DNA of 64,000 nucleotides from Desulfobacterales bacterium (GTDB lineage Bacteria; Desulfobacterota; Desulfobacteria; Desulfobacterales; SpSt-501): NCBI GenBank assembly GCA_046496215.1, contig JAWOHH010000040.1, positions 27,493 to 91,492 of the forward strand, read 5' to 3'. Shown piece by piece: positions 59,656 to 64,000 of this stretch (position 1 is its first letter; each line of letters starts with the position of its first letter). The notes under the pieces were generated by a model. It saw only the letters and a program-made list of their open reading frames with translations, ran no database searches and was not told where the DNA came from. The position numbers and the translations under genes were made by a program.

Positions 59656-61017
59656 ATGAGTGACGAACCGGTACTCAACCAACAGGATGTAATCCTCGAT
59701 TCGATCAACGAGGGCGTTTTTACAGTGGATCTCCAATGGCGTGTCACCGCCTTCAACCGTGCGGCCGAAAAGATCACCGGGGTCAAGCGCCAGGACGCCA
59801 TCGGCAAGGCCTGCTGCGATGTGTTTCACGCCAACATCTGTGAAAGAGACTGCGCCCTGAGGAGGACATTTGAAAACGGCAAACCGGTCGTGAACGCCAC
59901 CGCCCACATCATCACCCATCAGGGACGGCGCGTGCCCATCCGTATCTCCACCGCCATCCTGAAAGACGACAGCCGAAGGGTGATCGGCGGCGTGGAGACG
60001 TTTCAGGACCTCAGCCAGGTCGAGCAGCTCCAAAAACAGCTCCAGGGCCGCTTTACCTTCGAAGACATCGTCGGCCGCAGCCCGACGATGATGCGCCTGT
60101 TCGAATTGCTGCCGCAGATTTCCGCCAGCAGCAGCAGTGTCCTGATCGAAGGCCCGAGCGGGACCGGCAAGGAGTTGTTTGCACGCGCCATCCACAACCT
60201 CTCCCCGCGCCGGAAAAGGCCGTTTGTTGCTGTCAACTGCGCGGCGCTTCCGGACACGCTACTGGAGAGCGAACTCTTCGGCTACAAGGCCGGTGCCTTC
60301 ACCGACGCTCGGCGCGACAAGGCCGGCCGCTTCGCCCTGGCAGAAGGTGGGACGATATTTTTAGATGAGATCGGCGACATTTCCCCCGCGCTTCAGGTGC
60401 GCCTGCTCAGAGTCCTTCAGGAGCGGCTGGTGGAACCGCTGGGGTCGGTACGGCCGATCCCTGTGGATGTGCGCGTGGTGGCGGCCACCAACAGGGAGCT
60501 TGCCAAGCTCGTGCGTGATGGCAAATTCCGCGACGATCTTTACTACCGCATTCGCGTCATCCATCTTCGCCTGCCGGACCTGCGGCAGCGGCGCGAGGAC
60601 ATCCCGTTGCTGGTCAATCATCTGGTGGCGAAATTCAACCGTCTGCAGGGCAAGGACATCGCCGGGGTGTCCGTAGAAGCCATGGCCCGCCTCATGGACC
60701 ACGATTTCCCCGGAAACGTCCGGGAGCTGGAGAACATCGTCGAGCAGGCGTTCGTGCTCTGTCGGGGAAGCATCATCGAACTGCACCACTTGCCGCCCGA
60801 GCTGCGTCCGGCGGCCGCCGGGCCGACGGACGCCGTCGGCCCGATGAGCTTGCAAGCCATGGAAAAGCTTATGATCACGGAAATTCTGCGGCGCTACCAG
60901 GGCGACCGGCGGCGGGCCTCCCGGGATCTCGGGATCAACCCCAGCACCTTGTATCGGAAGATCAAGAGCCTGGGGATCGATGTGCCTGAAAGCGACGGCC
61001 GCCGCCGAAAAAAATAG
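59656..61017 (+). CDS. Sigma-54-dependent transcriptional activator (PAS - AAA+ - Fis-type HTH)
   Basis: PAS domain with CCDVFHANICERDC. AAA+ Walker A GPSGTGKE. GAFTDA loop (GAFTGA variant). C-terminal HTH RRASRDLGINPSTLYRKIK. Start set to ATG 59656. Confidence 0.9.
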   Translation: MSDEPVLNQQDVILDSINEGVFTVDLQWRVTAFNRAAEKITGVKRQDAIGKACCDVFHANICERDCALRRTFENGKPVVNATAHIITHQGRRVPIRISTAILKDDSRRVIGGVETFQDLSQVEQLQKQLQGRFTFEDIVGRSPTMMRLFELLPQISASSSSVLIEGPSGTGKELFARAIHNLSPRRKRPFVAVNCAALPDTLLESELFGYKAGAFTDARRDKAGRFALAEGGTIFLDEIGDISPALQVRLLRVLQERLVEPLGSVRPIPVDVRVVAATNRELAKLVRDGKFRDDLYYRIRVIHLRLPDLRQRREDIPLLVNHLVAKFNRLQGKDIAGVSVEAMARLMDHDFPGNVRELENIVEQAFVLCRGSIIELHHLPPELRPAAAGPTDAVGPMSLQAMEKLMITEILRRYQGDRRRASRDLGINPSTLYRKIKSLGIDVPESDGRRRKK

Positions 61018-61018
61018 T

Positions 61019-61033
61019 ATTGCGGCTTGCAAT
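61019..61033. promoter_or_regulatory. Palindrome ATTGC-N5-GCAAT (candidate enhancer-binding-protein site)
   Basis: ATTGCGGCTTGCAAT lies about 117 nt upstream of the 61142 promoter. An AT-rich stretch (possible bending site) lies between them. Confidence 0.4.
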
Positions 61034-61141
61034 GTTGTGCGGGTCTACCCGTTGCTCCCCCCACTGCACCTCCCTCCCCCCTTCAATGCAACAATCTAAG
61101 ATCGTTATGCATATTTTTTTAAATTGAACCCAACCCAGTCA

Positions 61142-61157
61142 TGGCATACGCCTTGCT
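61142..61157 (+). promoter_or_regulatory. Sigma-54 promoter candidate (TGGCAT-N5-TTGCT) for the PilZ-cooS operon
   Basis: TGGCATACGCCTTGCT. The predicted +1 is ~61168, about 38 nt upstream of the PilZ ATG, which has a GGGAGGGG SD. Confidence 0.6.
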
Positions 61158-61205
61158 TTTGATCCGGCATGGTTCGTTCAAATTCAAGCCGGCCGGGAGG
61201 GGCTG

Positions 61206-61709
61206 ATGAACGCATTTTCTGCTTTAGACGATGGCGCTGTTCTCTTCCGGCGAACTGACAGTGGCCGCCGGCAAGAGTTAGCTGAAAACAGGTGGTTACG
61301 TGAGCCGGACGGAACCCCGACAGCGCTGGGCCCCGAAAATGGCTTTAAAGACGCCGGCAGCGTCTGCCGGCAAGTGGCCTCGGCAGAGAGACGCCGTTTG
61401 CCCAGGCACACGCAGAGGCTGCCTTTGGCTTTGTCCGTGTTCAACCGCGCTGGGTTCCAGGGGGCCTGGTTGATCAACTTCAGCCAAGACGGGATCTGTG
61501 CGGAATCCGCACAGCAATTGCTGCCGGGGACGAGTGTTCAATTGCGCATTGACGCTACGGTTCCAATGGATGACGCCCTGGAACGGGAAAAGACTGTTTT
61601 CCCGGGGTTGCGAACGATGGCATTGGGTGAGGTCAAATGGTGTCGATCGCTGGGTGTCGGTTGCTCACCGCGCTTCAGCATCGGCATTCGCTATTACCCG
61701 TACTATTGA
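61206..61709 (+). CDS. PilZ-domain (c-di-GMP receptor-like) protein
   Basis: RRRLPR (RxxxR) and NFSQDG (D/NxSxxG) motifs at the right spacing. Confidence 0.7.
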   Translation: MNAFSALDDGAVLFRRTDSGRRQELAENRWLREPDGTPTALGPENGFKDAGSVCRQVASAERRRLPRHTQRLPLALSVFNRAGFQGAWLINFSQDGICAESAQQLLPGTSVQLRIDATVPMDDALEREKTVFPGLRTMALGEVKWCRSLGVGCSPRFSIGIRYYPYY

Positions 61710-61741
61710 CCCTAACTCCAAATTCGACAGGAGGATGTCCC

Positions 61742-63772
61742 ATGGCGGAAGTCAAGCAAGCCGTTGATTCCAAAGCCCTCAAATTGGCGGATCCCGAAGC
61801 CGCGACCATCGACGCAGCAACCCAGCAGATGATTCGAAGGTCGCACGAGCTCGGAGTTGAGACCGCGTTTGACCGGGCCGTAACGCTCAAGCCCTGCAAC
61901 ATCGGCACCCAGGGTACATGCTGCAAAAACTGCGGTATGGGACCCTGTCGACTGCCGCTGACGAAATCCGGGGCGGAGGGGGATGACACGCGCAAGGGTA
62001 TCTGCGGCGCCACTCCGAACACCATCGCCGCACGGAATTTTATCCGCATGATCGCCGGTGGGGCCGCAGCGCATTCGGACCACGGTCGGGCGGTCGCCGA
62101 GGTTTTCCGGACGGCAGCCCGCAAGGAGACCGATGCCTACCGGATCAAGGACACCCGCAAACTGCTCGATGTGGCCCGGTGGTTGAACGTGGATACCACG
62201 GTGGAGGTCGAGGGCCAGACCATGAGCCGCGATGTCGATGAGATTGCGCTCGACGTGGCCGAGGCGGCGATGAAAGAATGGGGTAAGCCGGAAGGGGAGG
62301 TGTTGTTTGCAAAACGCGCCCCCAAACCCCGCTACGAGCTTTGGAAAAAGATGGGCGTTGTGCCCCGCAACATCGATCGTGAGATCGTCGAGATCATGCA
62401 CCGCACCCATATCGGCGTGGACCAGGATTATCGCAACCTGATGAAACAAGGCACCCGTGCGGCCATTGCCGACGGCTGGGGCGGGTCGATGCTGGCCACC
62501 GAGCTGCAGGACATCCTCTTCGGCACGCCCACCCCCCTCACCTCCGAGGCCAACCTCGGCGTTCTCAAGGAGGACATGGTCAACCTGGTCATCCACGGCC
62601 ACGAACCGGTGCTCTCGGAGATGATCGTCGCTGCGGCCAACACCCCGGAGATGCAGGCCTATGCCCGCGCCCAGGGCGCCAAGGGCATTCAGTTGTCCGG
62701 GATCTGCTGCACAGCCAACGAGATCCTACAGCGGCACGGCGTGCCGCTGTGCGGAACATTTCTGCAGCAGGAGCTGGCGATCATCACCGGCGCCTGCGAT
62801 GCGATGGTGGTCGACATCCAGTGCATTTTCCAGAACCTGGCCAACGTGGCCAAGTGCTTCCACACCAAGCTGATCACCACCCATCCCATCGCGCGGATGG
62901 AGCAGGACAACGTGATCCACATCGAGTTTGACGAGCACTATGCCATCGACGATGCCAAGCAAATCGTGAAGCTGGCGATCGAAAATTTCAAAAACCGCAA
63001 GGTCGAGGTGATGATCCCACGCCAGAAAGCGCCAATGATCGCCGGTTTCGGCGTGGAGGCGATCGAGTATCACCTGGGCGGGTCGTTCCGCGGCTCTTAC
63101 CTCCCCTTGAACGACAACATCATCAACGGCCGCATCCGGGGCATCGGCGGCGTGGTGGGCTGCAACAACGTTCGAACCCGGCACAATGAAGGCCACATCC
63201 AGGTGGTCAAAGAACTGATCAAAAACGACGTGATCGTGCTGACCACCGGCTGCAACGCTATCGCCTGCGCCATGGAGGGGCTGCTCACGCCGGAGTCGGC
63301 CAAGGTTTTCTGTGGGCCGGGGTTGGCAGAGGTGTGCGAAACCGTCGGGATCCCGCCGGTGCTGCATCTGGGCTCCTGTGTCGACAACAGCCGGATCCTG
63401 TTGGCGGCGACCGAGGTGGTCAGGGCCGGCGGGTTGGGCAACGACATCAGCGACCTGCCCGCCGCCGGGAGCGCGCCGGAATGGATGAGTGAGAAGGCCA
63501 TCAGCATCGGCCATTACTTCGTCGCCTCTGGCCTCTACACGGTTTTCGGCGTCACGCTGCCGGTGTCGGGCGCTCCCGTGTTTCAGAAGTACTTGTTCGA
63601 GGAGTTCGAAAAGATTTACGGCGGGATGTGGGATTTAGAGGTGGACCCGACCCTGCACGCCCGCAAGATGATCGCCCACATCGACAAGAAGCGCAAGGCG
63701 CTCGGCATCGACCGAGCCCGGGCGCGCATCATGATGGACATGGCGTCGCGGCGTGCGCTGGAAAGCGCTTGA
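61742..63772 (+). CDS. cooS: Anaerobic carbon-monoxide dehydrogenase catalytic subunit
   Basis: KPCNIGTQGTCCKNCGMGPCRL, HGHEP and C-cluster Cys motifs (GSCVDNSR). Start at ATG 61742 after AGGAGG. The track ORF is over-extended. Confidence 0.95.
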   Translation: MAEVKQAVDSKALKLADPEAATIDAATQQMIRRSHELGVETAFDRAVTLKPCNIGTQGTCCKNCGMGPCRLPLTKSGAEGDDTRKGICGATPNTIAARNFIRMIAGGAAAHSDHGRAVAEVFRTAARKETDAYRIKDTRKLLDVARWLNVDTTVEVEGQTMSRDVDEIALDVAEAAMKEWGKPEGEVLFAKRAPKPRYELWKKMGVVPRNIDREIVEIMHRTHIGVDQDYRNLMKQGTRAAIADGWGGSMLATELQDILFGTPTPLTSEANLGVLKEDMVNLVIHGHEPVLSEMIVAAANTPEMQAYARAQGAKGIQLSGICCTANEILQRHGVPLCGTFLQQELAIITGACDAMVVDIQCIFQNLANVAKCFHTKLITTHPIARMEQDNVIHIEFDEHYAIDDAKQIVKLAIENFKNRKVEVMIPRQKAPMIAGFGVEAIEYHLGGSFRGSYLPLNDNIINGRIRGIGGVVGCNNVRTRHNEGHIQVVKELIKNDVIVLTTGCNAIACAMEGLLTPESAKVFCGPGLAEVCETVGIPPVLHLGSCVDNSRILLAATEVVRAGGLGNDISDLPAAGSAPEWMSEKAISIGHYFVASGLYTVFGVTLPVSGAPVFQKYLFEEFEKIYGGMWDLEVDPTLHARKMIAHIDKKRKALGIDRARARIMMDMASRRALESA

Positions 63773-63899
63773 GCATCCCCGATGCTTACGAACTAAAGCA
63801 ATGGACCCGTCGGCCTGACACGACCGTTTCAGGCGCGGCGGGGGTGTTTCCAGGTTTCCGGTGCGCCGGGCAACGCTGATTCCAAAGGAGGAGAAACGA

Positions 63900-64000
63900 T
63901 GGAGGAAAATGTGATTCGGATTAGCGGGAAAAAGCGATCTACCTTTATGGACCAGGTCAAGGAACTCCTGCCGGAGGGAGGCAATCTCAGCCTTTGTCTC
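63900..64000 (+). CDS. Partial CDS (5' end only), function unknown
   Basis: ATG 63900 is preceded by AAAGGAGGAG. MEENVIRISGKKRSTFMDQVKELLPEGGNLSLCL. The ending ..LSLCL could lead into a 4Fe-4S CxxCxxC motif, which is outside the window. Confidence 0.4.

Overview
This is a roughly 65% GC (by eye) chromosomal segment. The gene content points to a strict anaerobe, probably Desulfobacterota-like: indolepyruvate:ferredoxin oxidoreductase, CooS CO dehydrogenase, ADP-forming acyl-CoA synthetase, an FrhB-like protein, several radical SAM enzymes and a sigma-54 activator. That taxonomic call is inference only. I support about 55 protein-coding genes. I found no rRNA, tRNA, CRISPR array, transposase or integrase. 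Many track ORFs are GC-rich antisense shadow frames or over-extended N-termini. I re-set starts by hand from Shine-Dalgarno (SD) sequences, signal peptides and domain boundaries.

Most interesting observations:
1. A translationally coupled pair of divergent, membrane-anchored dynamin-like GTPases (31750-35435, Eleos/LeoABC-like), followed by an orphan nitronate-monooxygenase (NMO)-like TIM-barrel protein.
2. A secreted coiled-coil protein ending in a Hedgehog/intein-type Hint domain (GGCFTPDT...TAMH...VHN-TGGGGGGK). It heads an operon with an unknown secreted protein and an S1C protease-TPR fusion.
3. A PAS/Cys sigma-54 activator flanked by two TGGCAT-N5-TTGCT promoters, each with an upstream ATTGC-N5-GCAAT palindrome. 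One promoter faces a NifX-like x2 / radical SAM / Mrp-NBP35 operon. The other faces a PilZ-CooS operon.
4. A 97-115 nt MITE-like palindromic repeat in three copies, whose 29-nt core is forward, inverted or partly deleted depending on the copy.
5. A 1785-aa tandem UvrA-UvrA fusion.

No database searches were run. All functional calls rest on motifs read in the translations and on remembered family signatures.
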